Assembly: GCA_013239625.1 (NCBI GenBank)
Contig: MU053652.1
Span: 1,800,001-1,864,000, forward strand
Length of the DNA stretch: 64,000 bases
Reading direction: 5' to 3'
Source: Lama guanicoe
Lineage: Eukaryota
In this document: positions 38,080 to 50,560 of the stretch, piece by piece
Layout of the letters: every line of letters begins with the position of its first letter
Position numbering within the stretch: the first letter of the stretch is position 1
Program-made: the position numbers and the translations under genes
Notes under the pieces: model-generated
Databases searched by the model: none
The model's input: only the letters and a program-made list of their open reading frames with translations
What the model was told of the DNA's origin: nothing

Positions 38080-41000
38080 CCCTTTGAGGCTCTTCAGCTC
38101 TGAGACCTCCTGCCTTTTCCAGGCTCTCCCTCACTGGGGTCAAAGGTCACCCGTCTGATTTGAGGAGAGTGTCTTTAGGCCCCTCTGCTAAGGGTGGGGG
38201 CTACTAAAAGCAGGGCCTCTGTGGTTTTCCCGGGAGGAAGGATGGTCAAAAGACCCTTTGTGATATCACAGCCAGGCTCCCTCCAGGCCCCGGGGCCCCT
38301 CGCTTTCTGCATCTATGCATTCCAGCTCTGTCTGCTGATGTCATTCTCAGACAGGGACGCCCTTCTCCGCTCCAGAATTCTGAGCCTGGGGACGGCCGTT
38401 CCCCACCGTGTCTTTGGGAATGGATTTTCTGACTGCAAACCATTCACATGCCTCACCCAGGGCTCCTGGATTCCTGGCTTCTTATTTGAAATGGTTCCAA
38501 GTGTTTCTTTCTTTATCAGGGTAGTTGCTGTTTTAAAAAAAAAAACAAGAAAAAAACAATGTCAAGGCGGGCGGGCAGTGGCTGCCAGTGGCGATGCGTG
38601 GGGCAGAGAGAGGAAGGATTTAGCACTTGGGGATCTGTGAGGCGGCACTGAGGGAAGTCCACTCTTCCAAGAACCAGATTTTTTTTTTTAACTAGATAAT
38701 GGCAGACGTCACAATGGCACACAACACCACCTACTTTTGTGCCAATTGTTGTTTTATGTCAATTTATGTCAATTGTGTGTTTCATGTCAGTTGTTGCTGA
38801 GTACAGATTTGAAGCCAGAAAACTTAAACTCCCATCTGGGGCTCTTCTCACTGGTTTTGTAGGTAAGATGACGAAGACAGAGCCCTGTGCTCAGCCCTGT
38901 GTGGGCAGGTGGAAAGCTGGGGAAGCTGGTCATTACCCCATTTTGTGAGGCGTCACAGGGGCCATGGTCCAGGCAAGCCGGAAGGAGCATGGGAGGGGGC
39001 CTGGAATCTATGGGGAGAGTTCCTGGAGAGAGTGATGCTGCAGTTCAGTTGTCTTGAGTAAACACACTTACTTCTGACCCCTCATTTTGGCCACAAAAAA
39101 ATCCTAGGTGGCCCAGGAGCCAGGGAGGCTCTGAGGTCCTGGTATAGATCCCAAGTGAGCAAAATTTGAATCTCTGCCTGTTTCAGGGCTTTTCAAGTCC
39201 ACTGACATTTGAAAGGAACCCTCAGCCATTCAGCCAGGAGCCAGGTGGTGCCACTGACCAATGTGCTTCCCAAGGGGAGGTAGCCTGTGTACATCGGGTG
39301 AGCTGTTGATGGGGATGCCAATCCCTGCTTGAGGGACTATGTTCTCCACCTACAAGGAAGCTGGCACCTTAGCCCTTTGCACTCAGTAAACACAGGCTGT
39401 TCTTCAGCTCATAAAACCACACACAGCTGTCCTTGGATGGTGCCTGGAGAAGTGGCTGATGCCCCAGAAACCTGATGAGGCTGCAGGGAATGAACTCAGC
39501 AGAGCTCATCAGAGAGAGCAGATGTCGAGGTGATGTGTGCTTGTCTGATGCTCCCTGGGTTATTTATTTGTCAAGGAAATTGACAAACAGTGCCTAGGGG
39601 CTGAGCCGTAGTCCCGTGGGGCTTCCTGCAGACAGCTCAGAACTGAGTCTGGAGAGGGGCAATCATATAGGGCTGGCTGCCACTGCTGCCCTTGGTGTTA
39701 GAAAGACGACTGGCTGTCCTTTGGAGACAGGACATCAAAGAGATGTAAGCTTGGGAGAGTCTCTGAGGATGCTAGGATGCTTTTGAGCTTTTTCCATCAT
39801 TATTGGAACTCATATGTTCACTTGTTAATTTCCTAAACATCTATTAAGCAACTCTGGTGTTCACAGAGCTGTTGGGGGCTGGGGACTGTGCTCTGCTACA
39901 TTATCACCATCATCACATTATCTCATCTCTATCTTCATACTAACTCACTGAGCACAAATGAGTACTAACTAGCCACAACTAGCAGTCATGTGCATTACTT
40001 ATTTCCAACATACCAGGCATTTTAGTAAGAGTAGCTCGTAATGCAGCTGATGAAATCCTGACAGCAACCTTGAGCTTGGAATTCTGAGTGCCATATTTCA
40101 GCTGAGGATATTCAGCAAATCTTTAAAATTCTGCCTGAAGTTGGAGATGCTAATAATGGGCAGAAGTAGGACGCCAGCTTGGCTAGCTACACAGCCCTGT
40201 GCTTAAACTCAAGGCTGTAGACTGGCCGTCAAGACGCTGACACTCTCACGGATGAAACAAGCACAAAGCATGAGAGCAAAGAGGAGTAGACTTCCACACG
40301 AGCCGAAACATGAGACAGCTGTAAGTGATTGTGCATGTGTGGTCGAGGGTGATGTGACATGAGCAGGTGATCAGAGTGGTGCGGGTATTATGGAGAAAGC
40401 CTTTGGAGGAGTATCCTGGACCAGATTCAGAGGGACAGATGTGCCTGGGTTGGGTGAAAGGAATCCGAGAGGAAACTGTGAGAGAGGATGGGTTCGATTC
40501 CTCGAGGAAACAGGAAAGCACCAGGCCTGGCAAGAAATGCAAGGCTGCTCAGAGGAGTGAGTAGGATGCTGCAACTACAGATGCTTTGGTCCATGTCCGG
40601 CGGTTGCTGGATGATGAGGTGGACGATGAGGAGGTGTTCCTGAAGTGGGCGAGGGCTGAGAGGGGACACTGAGAATGGGGAGCTTGATTCTGTTCTAGGG
40701 CAAAGATGACAATATGCAAAGGAAGATCTGAAGATGGACAGTTGGGGTCAGGATGAAAAAGTAGCGAGAAGACCGCAGTCTGGATCCCCAGATGAGAGGA
40801 GGGCTGGGACTTAGGAAGTGGAGGAACGGGGCATGTGGTGTCCAGCGAAATCTAGGGTATGAAGGAATGGGGGAGGCACAGCTGCCTCTGAGCCCGGGAG
40901 AAAACCTAGACAAAGCTCACTTTCCTCATTTGGTCAACGCTGAATTACTGAGTCTATGCTCTACGCCGAGCTCTGTGTTAGGACCTGATCAGTTAGGGCT

Positions 41001-41942
41001 CCTGAAATTCCTGTAAAAGCTCATGCAAGAGTCTGTCCGTCTCCAGCCTTTGTTCCACTTCTGGTTTCTCTGGGTGTTCCAGCTGGACAGGGGTTTCCCC
41101 CTGGTTCCTGTACAGCTGCATTGAGCAGCTGCTGGATCGCACTCGGAGGAGGCTCCATTTCCAGCAGGAGAGAAAGGCTGACTTCACATCAGCCCCCTGC
41201 AGTCGTGATGCACCTCTGTTCATTAACCCATTGGTGACGGCAGCAGTAGTGGGGGTACAGAAGAGAGAAGGTCGCCTCCCCATTTGGCAGGAGGAAACTC
41301 TGCTTCCTGCCCTGGAGACTTGTACTTAAAAAAAAAAAATTCAACAAATGTTCAGTAAGTTTCCGTAAGCTTTGGTAATCTCATTGGTTACTGTGAGGTC
41401 CTCAAAGATGCCCCTCCTCTCTGTGATCTAGACTCTCGTTCCCCACACCCCTCCTGCGCTTGCCCAGACCATACGCAGGAAGCTGCTTTCATCTTTCTCC
41501 ATAAAGTTGATGGCTTTCTGAATCACACCCGACTTGAATCAGGCTCAGGGCTTCCCGGACAGTTCCTCCAGCCTCAGGAATCCGTGTGATGGTCTCTGGT
41601 CCATGTGGGTGGGATGCCCTTCTGAGCCCTCCATCATCAGTACAGACTCTTCTTGGCCTGGTTTCCTGCCCTCTGTCCATCAGTGCCCATTTTCTAGTGG
41701 CCCAGATGGTCCAGAGCTGAGCCGTGCAGCCTCTTCTCTCTGTCCAGCCCTTAGGTGACCTTGTCAGGTGCTGGGAGGCCAGCCTGTGGGCCACATCCCC
41801 TAACCTCTCTTTCTAAAGCACATAAGGTAGCTGCTCCTGTTGGGGATGAGTGGAGATCATGGAGACCGAGTCACTAGAGTTGGCTCCATAGTAATCAGTG
41901 AGATTACTGAAACTTACTGAAATTTACTGAACATTTGTTGAA

Positions 41943-42086
41943 TTTTTTTTAAGTACAAGCCTTATCTATCTATCTGTCTGTCTGTCTGTCTATCTATCTG
42001 TTTATTAAATGGAGGTACCAGGGATTGAATCCAGGACCTCCCACATGCTAAGCACACGCTCTGCCACTGAGCATTACCTCCACCCC
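41943..42086 (-). mobile_element. tRNA-derived SINE, Vic-1-like (camelid), with TSDs
   Basis: Reverse complement reads ggggtggaggtaatgctcagtggcagagcgtgtgcttagcatgtgggaggtcctggattcaatccctggtacctcca (A/B-box-like), then a GATA/GACA tract and an A tail. 17-bp TSD at 41926-41942 and 42087-42103. Confidence 0.85.
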
Positions 42087-42124
42087 ACTGAACGTTCATT
42101 GAAATTTAACTATTACCCCCTCAC

Positions 42125-42290
42125 TTTGCTAAGTATTTTTCATGCTTGGGACATTCTCAGACTCCCACAATAACAACCAAGTTGAGGTTTTTAAAATTTT
42201 ACTTTGGAGGAGAGCAAATTCAAAGAAGTTTGGTAGGCCACCCAAGGTCACACAGTTCCTAAGTGCAGAGTTGGGATCCACACCGTCTGC
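42125..42290 (-). mobile_element. MIR SINE
   Basis: ctcccacaataac...cccaaggtcacacagttcctaagtgcagagttgggatcca. Confidence 0.6.
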
Positions 42291-43142
42291 TCATGGGCGT
42301 ACCCCCATGAGCGCAGGCTACTCTAGGGTCACAGTGTGGCTGACCCACCAAGTTCCAAACCAGTAACTTGTGCGTGCGAGTGTCTCCAATGAGACTCTTT
42401 GGAAAGATGCAACAAGAGAGGCTGATTTGAAATATTTTGCATTTGAAATACGCTGGTTTGAACCTTTTTCTGGCACTTCCTTCATATCAACCGTGTTGTC
42501 TTTCCTTTTTATTTCATCAATATCTTTTTCTTCTGGAGTCATAGCCTGTTCTTCGTGTCACTACCCAAGTGGGCGGTGGAGGGACGGACACCATTGTCCC
42601 TGACTTCTCTCATTTGGACCACACAGGGCAAGAAGTCCTAATGGCAACCTAGACATCATCATTCAGTCTTGTGCGTGTGTGTGATGAGAGACTCAAAGGG
42701 ACCCGTCGTCCCCCGGCAGTGTTTGGTAACACAGCGCAGGTTTTGCACGCACATAGGGCTTGTCTAATTAATTACTGTTTACATGCCTTCAGTTCCCTTT
42801 GCATGAGTTTTCTCCTGGCTGGAATCAGGAAATCAAAACAAAGCGCCCTCACTGTGCTATTCTGGGGCGGATTAAGCAGGGTGAACGCAGAAGCAGGGGC
42901 TCTGCCCGCTTGAGTCCTGGGATTCAAGGCAAGGAGGCGGGGCTGTGGCATGCGGCAGAATCCTCTCTGCTGGTGGAACGGGCACCACAGGCCCCTTGGG
43001 TCTGGGCTGGATGGTTCCAGCTCCTCTCCTGCTGCTGAACTCCCAGTTAGAACATCCCCGACTGATTCCCTTGCTGTAAAATAAGGAAGAAATCTGCATC
43101 ATAAGGACAAATTAAGACATTGATGAGTAGTTTGAGCGTTTC

Positions 43143-44240
43143 CATTCATTCATTTATTAAACAAATAAATTTTTTAATGGATGTATGTTTGATTCACAGT
43201 GTTGTGTTAGTTTCTAGCATCCAGCCTAATGATTCAGTTATACGTATATATTCTTTCTCATTATAGGCTATTACAAGATATTGAATATAGTTCCCAGTGG
43301 TATACAGTAGACATTGTTGCTTATCTATTTTATATGTAGTTTGTTTTCTATGTCTGTGACTCTATTTCTGTTTTGTTAATAAGTTCATCTGTATCATTTT
43401 GTTAGATTCCACATATAAGTGGTATCATATGATATTTGTTTTTCTCTTTCTGACTTACTTCACTTAGTATGATAATCTCTAGGTCCATCCATGTTGCTGC
43501 AAATGGTATTATTTCATTCCTTTTATGGCTGAGTAGTATTCCATTGTATATAGATACCACTGCTTCTTTACCCATTCATCTGTGGATGGACATTTAGGTC
43601 GCTTCCATGTCTTGGCTACTGTAAGTAGTACTGCTATGAACACTGGGGTGCATGGATCTTTTCAAAGTAGAGTTTTCTCTGGGTATATGCCCAGGAGTAG
43701 GGTTGCTGGATCATAGGGTAAGTCTATTTTTAGTTTTCTAAGGAATCTTCATACTGTTTTCCATAGTAACTGCACCAAATTACATTCCCACCAACAGTGT
43801 AGGAGGGTTCTCTTTTCTCCACACCCTCTCCAGCACGAATAGTTTGTAAACTTTTTAACGATGGCCATTCTAACCAGTGTAAGGTGATAGATCCCTCATT
43901 GTAGTTTTGATGTGCACTTCTCTGATAATTAGCGATACTGAGCATCCTTTCACGTGCCTGTTGGCCATCTGTCTGTCTTCACTGGAGAAATGTCTATACA
44001 AGTATTCATTGAGCACCTACCATGTGGCATGGTTCAGGAGTTTGGGAGACATACATGAGCACAAGAGATAAAGATTTCTGCTCTTGTGCAATTTACATTC
44101 TAGCAATGGAGATAAATAATAAGCATAATAAATGAATAAATACGAGAAAGCGATCAGTGCTGTGGCAAAAAGAGAAAGTAGAGCAGGGAGAGGAGATCAG
44201 AGAGCCAGAGGAGAGAGAGGGGCATGATTTTAAAAATGAA
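43143..44240 (-). mobile_element. L2 3' fragment split by a younger L1
   Basis: cattcattcatttattaaacaaat on the left resumes as attcattgagcacctaccatgtgg...tttacattctagc on the right. Confidence 0.7.
43171..43997 (-). mobile_element. 5'-truncated L1 (ORF2 C-terminus plus 3'UTR), artiodactyl-type
   Basis: ttagattccacatataagt...ctctaggtccatccatgttgctgcaaatgg...; minus-strand peptide [17 protein letters not shown] resembles L1 ORF2p. Confidence 0.9.
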
Positions 44241-45924
44241 AGCAGTGGGGACAGTTCAGGTACAGTATGAGTGAAGGTTTGTTTTCAGGTGTCCTTGGTG
44301 TGGGGTTATAGGAATAGTGATAACAAGTGAGTGCTTGGGGCCTAAGGGAGCTGCCCTGGGCAGAGGATAGACTTGCGCCCCTGGGAGTCTGGCGGGAACT
44401 TAGAGGTCATCCCATCCACCACCTGCCCTGCGAACCCGGCAGCTCTAACACCGGGATACGGAGAGGGGCCTCTTGCTCTAAGGAGATTTAACCCCACAAC
44501 CAGCAAGTTGCCAAGATACTCACACCTCATACTTGTGTCTGTTTTCCTTCTGGCCCCCTGCACCCTTCCAGTTCCTTCTCATCCATCATTTTGTCATAGA
44601 ATTGTAAGTGGAAAGTTCTAGAGGCCATGTTTGAGTTGAGACATGGCCTCATCTGCAGAGACAGAGAGAGCATGTGTGTTTGTGCCTGTGAGTGCGTATG
44701 TGGGTCTAAAGTTTCCAACTCTGGCAGCTCAGGCCTAGAGTTAGCGTCTCTCGTCATTCATTCATTCATTCACCAAGGAGCTAGACCTACTATATCCCTG
44801 GTGCAGGGGCTCCTTGTTCCTTTCACCTGCTTTCCAGCCTGTGTGGCAAGATGCTGAGGGACACTGACCAGAGGACACTCTGAGCCTTTGGGGACCAACT
44901 GCATAAGCTACATAAACGAGATCCAAAAGGTTCCTTATTTTTCCCTCCTGAGGGACTCCTTAGCCCTGGAGGTGCCAGAGGAGCAGGTCATGGCTGCTTG
45001 TTTCCCACCGAGGGTCCTCACTGCTGTTCTGTGTCCGCCTCAGTGGGAGACGGGTCGAGCCCAGGACACCTAAGAGACCCAAAGTTGCATGCTCAAGGCT
45101 TCTGAGGGGAGGAGCAGAGCCTGGGTCCACACACGTCTGGTTCTCCACACATCTCTGTGTTGGAGGTGCAAGAGTCTAGGTGGAGAATTCGGAGTGTCCC
45201 GGGTTTCGTCAGCTCCCAGCCTGCCTCTTCAGTCCCAGCTCCATGTCCCTGCCTGCCAGTGAGACCCACCTTGCCTTCTTACACCGGGGTCCTGCCTAGA
45301 GATCTGGCCCTTGTAGACCTTGCTTGGAAGTTTGGGGAGAATGTGAAAGGAGAGAGGAAAGAGGAATCCAGGGGTGGCTTGCATCTCTAAAGATGAATAG
45401 CACTGTTTGCTCATTAGGAAGATTATTTCAAGCAAGACGGCAGCCAGAATGCTCCATGCAAGCATCTGCCTGCTATTGGGAGACGGTATTTATTGTTCAA
45501 TCCTTCAATGGATGTAAATAAACAGCCCGGCCCAGATAATGTCCCAATAAACAAACAAGCAGCTGCCAGGAGCTCCCTGGATGGCTGACCTTTGTGGAGG
45601 CCACCCTGCTGATGTTTTAATAGCAGTCTGCCTGGCAGCGCAGACGCTCACCGTGCCAGGGATGGAGAGAGGTGGCGGTGCTGCCTGGGGGATGGGCTGG
45701 GGGGGAAGGGGGGCTGTGCTGCCTAGCATCATCCCAGGCAGAGGCCGAGTGGCTGGGGAGGCCAGTGTGTGCCCTCGGCAAGTGTGTCTGTCCCAGGTAG
45801 GACACGTGAAGCGGGTGGTGCAGGGCCTGCTGCACGCTTGATGGAGGTTTCCACGTGGTACAGGCAGGAGTGATGCTCGGTCTTTCTGTCCTCATGTGGC
45901 CTTCTGCGTTGTTGCTTTTCTCAT

Positions 45925-46605
45925 CTTTGTTGAGGTATGATTAACAAGTAAAAACTGTATATTTAAGGTGTACGACTTGATGTTGTGATATGTATCTGCA
46001 TTTTGAAATAACTGCCACTAGTGAACATCTCCACGGGCTCACACAGTTACCATTTCCCTTCCTGTGTGTGAGTGTGTGTGAGATGAGAACATTTCAGATC
46101 CACCCTCTTGGCAGATTTCAAGCATCCAGTGTTGTTGGCATCGTTAACATTGCTGTACTTTAGATCTCCAGAGCACGCTCGTTTTGCAGAACTGGAACTT
46201 TGTACCTGTTGGCCGCCATCTCCCCACTCCCGCCTCCCCCCATTCCTGCCACCACCATTCTACTCTCTGTTTCTGAGTTTGACTATTTTAGATTCCACAT
46301 AAAAGTGGGATCATACAGCATTTGTCCGTTTGTGTCTGCCTTATTTCACTTAGCATGATGTCCTCTGGGTTCATCATGTTGTCACAAAGGGCAGGACTTC
46401 CTTCTTTTTTAATGTTGAATAATATTCTATTGTATGTATCTGTATATGCAGATGTAGTATATATATATATATATATATATACATATATACACACACACAC
46501 ACACACATTACATTGCATCTATGTGATATATGTGTCACATTTTCTTTATCCATTCAGCTGTCAACAGACATTTAAGTAGTTCCCAAGTCTTGGCTATTGC
46601 AGATA
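45925..46605 (-). mobile_element. L1MA-like 3'UTR fragment containing a (TA)n(CA)n microsatellite at ~46458-46507
   Basis: tgaggtatgattaacaagtaaaaactgtatatttaaggtgtac...ttgactattttagattccacat...cttatttcacttagcatgatgtcctc. Confidence 0.85.
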
Positions 46606-47235
46606 ACTTCCCCGTTGTTAAATATTGAAGTACATCCCTGTGATGCGTAGGTAGCTGGGCCCCAGGCTCCTGAGTGCCCACACCATCCAGGTCCCTCCCT
46701 TCACCCCCAGTAGTATTTACTTGGCCCAGCTGGGAGCCTCTAAGACCACTTGACCCCACAGCACCTCTTCCAACTGGCTGGTCCTCTCCCTCTAGCAGCT
46801 GTTAAATGTTTTGACCATCGTCCAGGATACAGGGGTTCCTGCCACACAAGAGGTGTGTCAGGAGTGCCTGCAGTCTGGGTGTGGAAAGGGAAGGCGTGGG
46901 GATGTCAAATGACCCTGCTGAGGACCAGCCTAACCCACACTGCGCCCACACAGCTGCGTTTGTGACTCGCCTGGGCTGATGCGGACTGTACAGCTGGTTG
47001 GAGCTGACAGCCTATGAGCTCCAAAAAAGTGAGGATGATGGGGCACACTCACTGTGTTATAAATTGAAGGTTCTGGGACACGTGGGGTATTGTGCACGGG
47101 AGGGGAGTGGGCAAAATCTCAACTGAGGGTACCTCTAGGAAGAGAGTCACCAAGCCAAATTACTGCTACTAACAGGATCACTTGGTGAGTGCAGAATCAG
47201 AACTCAGGGATGATAATCATCTAGAAGTCAGAAAT

Positions 47236-48506
47236 GTGCTGTCCAATATGGTGGCCATCAGCCACACGTGGCTGTTAAGCACCTGAAATGGGACAGGTCC
47301 CAGCTGAGTTTTGCTTTAAGTAGAAATGACACATCATACTGTTTTCCACAGTGGCTGCACCAAACTGCATTCCCACCAGCAGTGTAGGAGGGTTCCCCTT
47401 TCTCCACAGCCTCTCCAGCATTTGTCATTTGTGGACTTTTGAATGATGGCCATTCTGACTGGTGTGAGGTGATACCTCATTGTAGTTTTGATTTGCATTT
47501 TCTCTGATAATTAGTGACATTGAGCATTTTTTCATGTGCCTATTGATCATTTGTATTTCTTCCTTGGAGAATTGCTTGTTTAGTATGGAGATTCCTCAAA
47601 AGACTAGGAATAGACTTACCATATGACCCAGTAATCCCGCTCCTGGGCATATATCCAGAAGGAACCCTACTTCAAAAAGATACCTGCACCCCAATGTTCA
47701 TAGCAGCACTATTTACAATAGCGAAGACATGGAAACAGCCTAAATGTCCATCGACAGATGACTGGATAAAGAAGATGTGGTATATTTATATAATGGAATA
47801 CTATTCAGCCATAAAAATGACAATATAATGCCATTTACAGCAACATGGATATCCCTGGAGAATGTCATTCTAAGTGAAATAAGCCAGAAAGAGAAAAAAA
47901 TACCATATGAGATCACTCGTATGTGGAATCTAAAAAAAAAAGAGAACATAAATACAAAACAGAAATAGACTCATAGACATAGAATACAAACTTGTGGTTG
48001 CCAAGGTAGGGGGGGGTGGGAAGGGATAGACTGGGAGTTCAAAATTTGTAGATACTGATAGGCATATGTAGACTAGATAAACAAGATTATACTGTATAGA
48101 ACAGGGAAATATATACAAGATCTTGTGGTAGCTCACAGAGAAGAAAACTGTGACAATGAATATATGTATGTTCATGTATAACTGAAAAATTGTGCTCTAC
48201 ACTGAAATTTGACACATTGTAAAATGACTATAACTCAATAAAAATGTTTAAAAAAATTAAAAAAAACAAATTACACATAAGGTTTCAAAGAGTTAGTATG
48301 AGAAAACAAATGTAAAATATTGACAATTTTTTATACTAGATACATATTAAAGTGATAATATTTGGAGTACATTAGGTTAGTAAAAATAGATTATTAAAAT
48401 TCATATTACCTGCTTCTTTTTTTAATGTAACCACCACTAGAAATTTTTAAATTATCCACGTGGCCCACATTTGTGGCTGGCATTCTATTTCTGCTGTCTA
48501 GTGCTG
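47236..48506. mobile_element. MER33-like hAT-Charlie MITE split by an L1 (halves ~47236-47334 and ~48268-48506)
   Basis: gtgctgtccaatatggtggccatcagccacacgtggctgttaagcacctgaaatg on the left; tttcaaagagttagta...aatgtaaaatat...gcattctatttctgctgtctagtgctg on the right. Confidence 0.8.
47335..48267 (+). mobile_element. Young 5'-truncated, 5'-inverted L1 (inverted part 47335-47581; sense part 47582-48267)
   Basis: Sense part encodes an ORF2-end-like peptide (IMPFTATWISLENVILSEISQKEK), then 3'UTR, aataaa and an A tail. The first ~250 nt are antisense L1. TSD aaat(g/t)acacat. Confidence 0.9.
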
Positions 48507-49919
48507 GTCCAGAAGAACGTGCCATGGGGTCTACAGTGTGGCCTGAAGGGACATGTTGGCACTGTCTCCTCAGAACGGTGTTGCCTGAAGGTGATCGCAT
48601 TTTCCCCGCGGACCCCCTTCTTCATGTTTTTCCTCTTACCTCCCTCTGCCAGCGTATCTTTATAAAATCTGTTAGTGCCACTAATTGTGTTACTTGAGGT
48701 CAGTCTTCCTACTGACTGAGGCGAGTTTGTCTCTGAAGAGTACAACCCACTATGTGTTGTAGTAGTGAACCCCTCCTAGCTGATGGTGCCAGACGGGTAG
48801 CCCTTTTGTTCTGTAACAAACACATGCTCCCTTGAGCCTCCCTTGGGGCTGGGCTGATAATTCCTGGCTCCACTCCAGTCGGTTGGCCAGGTCTCCTGGG
48901 AATAAGGAACAGGCCTTTTAACACCTCTCTGCCATAGCGTTAGCCACGTGGCCTTACTTGCATGAAATCTGAGCCCTTCAGGAGACTGGCCTCGTGGAGG
49001 GCCGGGCTGAGACTCACTGTTCTTCTCCAGAAGCTAGCTCGGAGCCTAGCATACAGTGGGCCTTCATAGACGCATGGTGGGTGATGAGTGAGTGTGGAGT
49101 GTCACTCAGTCAAGGGACACGCAGAGTGAGGGTGCAGTTTTCTCCTCCGTGTCAGCCCTGGAGAATAGCATTTTCTAAACACCGACATTTACATTATATT
49201 TTCTACCTTAAAAACCATCAGTGTCTATTTTCTTTCCTTCTCATTGCTTAGATGATCCACGAGGATCGTCTACACTGCACAAAATAATAAATCTTCTTTG
49301 TCCTAATGTGTACGATAATAAATCTTGTTTGTTCTAAGCTGTCACCTCCCAAGCTTCAGGGTGGCCCCTGTAATGGTGACTGAACCACAGCCACTGGCCA
49401 CCGTGTCTCCTTTCAGCTCACCTGTGTGTCTTTGTGGCCTGGGGAAAATCTTTCCCAGGCTGTCCTGGAGTTGCAGGCATCTGGGTGGTTTCTGCCTCAT
49501 CAGGGTGGACAGAACATGATTTTCTGTGTCCATGTAAACTTGGCTTGTCTGTTTGCCCAAATAGAGCTCGCCTTCCTCTCTCATTTGCCTCAGAGGATGC
49601 ACCATCTTTCTACATTTCGACTCCATCAATGGCCTTCTTGCTATTCCAAAGAGCTTAGGATTAGCTGTAAAAGCTCCTGTTTCCTGCTGCAGACCATTTA
49701 TAAAAAATATTAAATAAGGCTATCATAACACTAGTGCTTGAGGGGTCCCCCAGTTTCCACTTGTCCATGCAGGAATGTGTTTTTTTTTTTTTCTGTCTCT
49801 AAGTTGGTTCTCTCTCCGTGGCCAAACTGCCCAAAATCCCATGGAGACTCATTAGTTTTAAGTACCTTTTCATGTGGAACCTTGTCTAAGGCTCTTGGAA
49901 AATCTAAATTGCTAAGTGG

Positions 49920-50050
49920 AAAGCTCTGAGCTAGGAATCGGGAGACCTGGATTCTAGTCCTGACCGTCATTGGTTTATCACTGAACTTTGGACAAGGCAG
50001 AGAACAGCCCTAATCTCAGTTTTTTCATTGCTAAAATGAGAATGATTAGG
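49920..50050 (+). mobile_element. MIR SINE
   Basis: ggaatcgggagacctggattctagtcctgac...actttggacaag...tctcagttttttcattgctaaaatgag. Confidence 0.7.
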
Positions 50051-50334
50051 CTGGCAGTCAACATCATAAAAATTTTACAGCCATCAGATGAGACAATGTT
50101 ATTTAAGAATAACATTCTCAGCAAGGTATAAAACAAAAATATAAGGGATCATTATTTTGGAAATTTATGGCTGCGTCTTTTTCATTCATATGCATGATTC
50201 TTTCCCAGAAGGACTGCAATAGATACAGGCATGGTTCCTCCAGCACTCCCAGGGTGTTGTTTGTTTAGCAGTAACTACTTTCACTCCTTGAAGAGATGCT
50301 GGTTTATATAACTGGGCGAGTCTGGTTCAACGTG

Positions 50335-50560
50335 TGTTGGTGTAGTATGTAAGTGCATAGAAGTGTGGACACTGGAATCGGTCAGACCTCGAGAGGTGGA
50401 GGCCATGCTGACCATTAGGAGTGTGACCATGGACAAGTTCTAACCTCTATGTGCTTCATCTGTAAATGAGATAATACTACTGCTTCATGGAGTTACGCAG
50501 TTTCAAATGGGACAGTAAATACATGTAGAATGCCCAGCGTCGTACCTGACACATACGTTC
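50335..50560 (+). mobile_element. MIR SINE
   Basis: gtgtgaccatggacaagttctaacctctatgtgcttcatctgtaaatgagataata...cctgacacata. Confidence 0.75.

Noticed and set aside
42010..42086. Possible tRNA gene on the minus strand
   Set aside because: It has a SINE tail, TSDs and degenerate stems, so it is a tRNA-derived SINE.
43730..43945. 71-aa ORF with L1 ORF2p-like peptide
   Set aside because: Frameshifted remnant of a truncated L1, not a host gene.
47777..47968. 63-aa ORF containing IMPFTATWISLENVILSEISQ
   Set aside because: L1 ORF2 C-terminal remnant inside the inverted L1.
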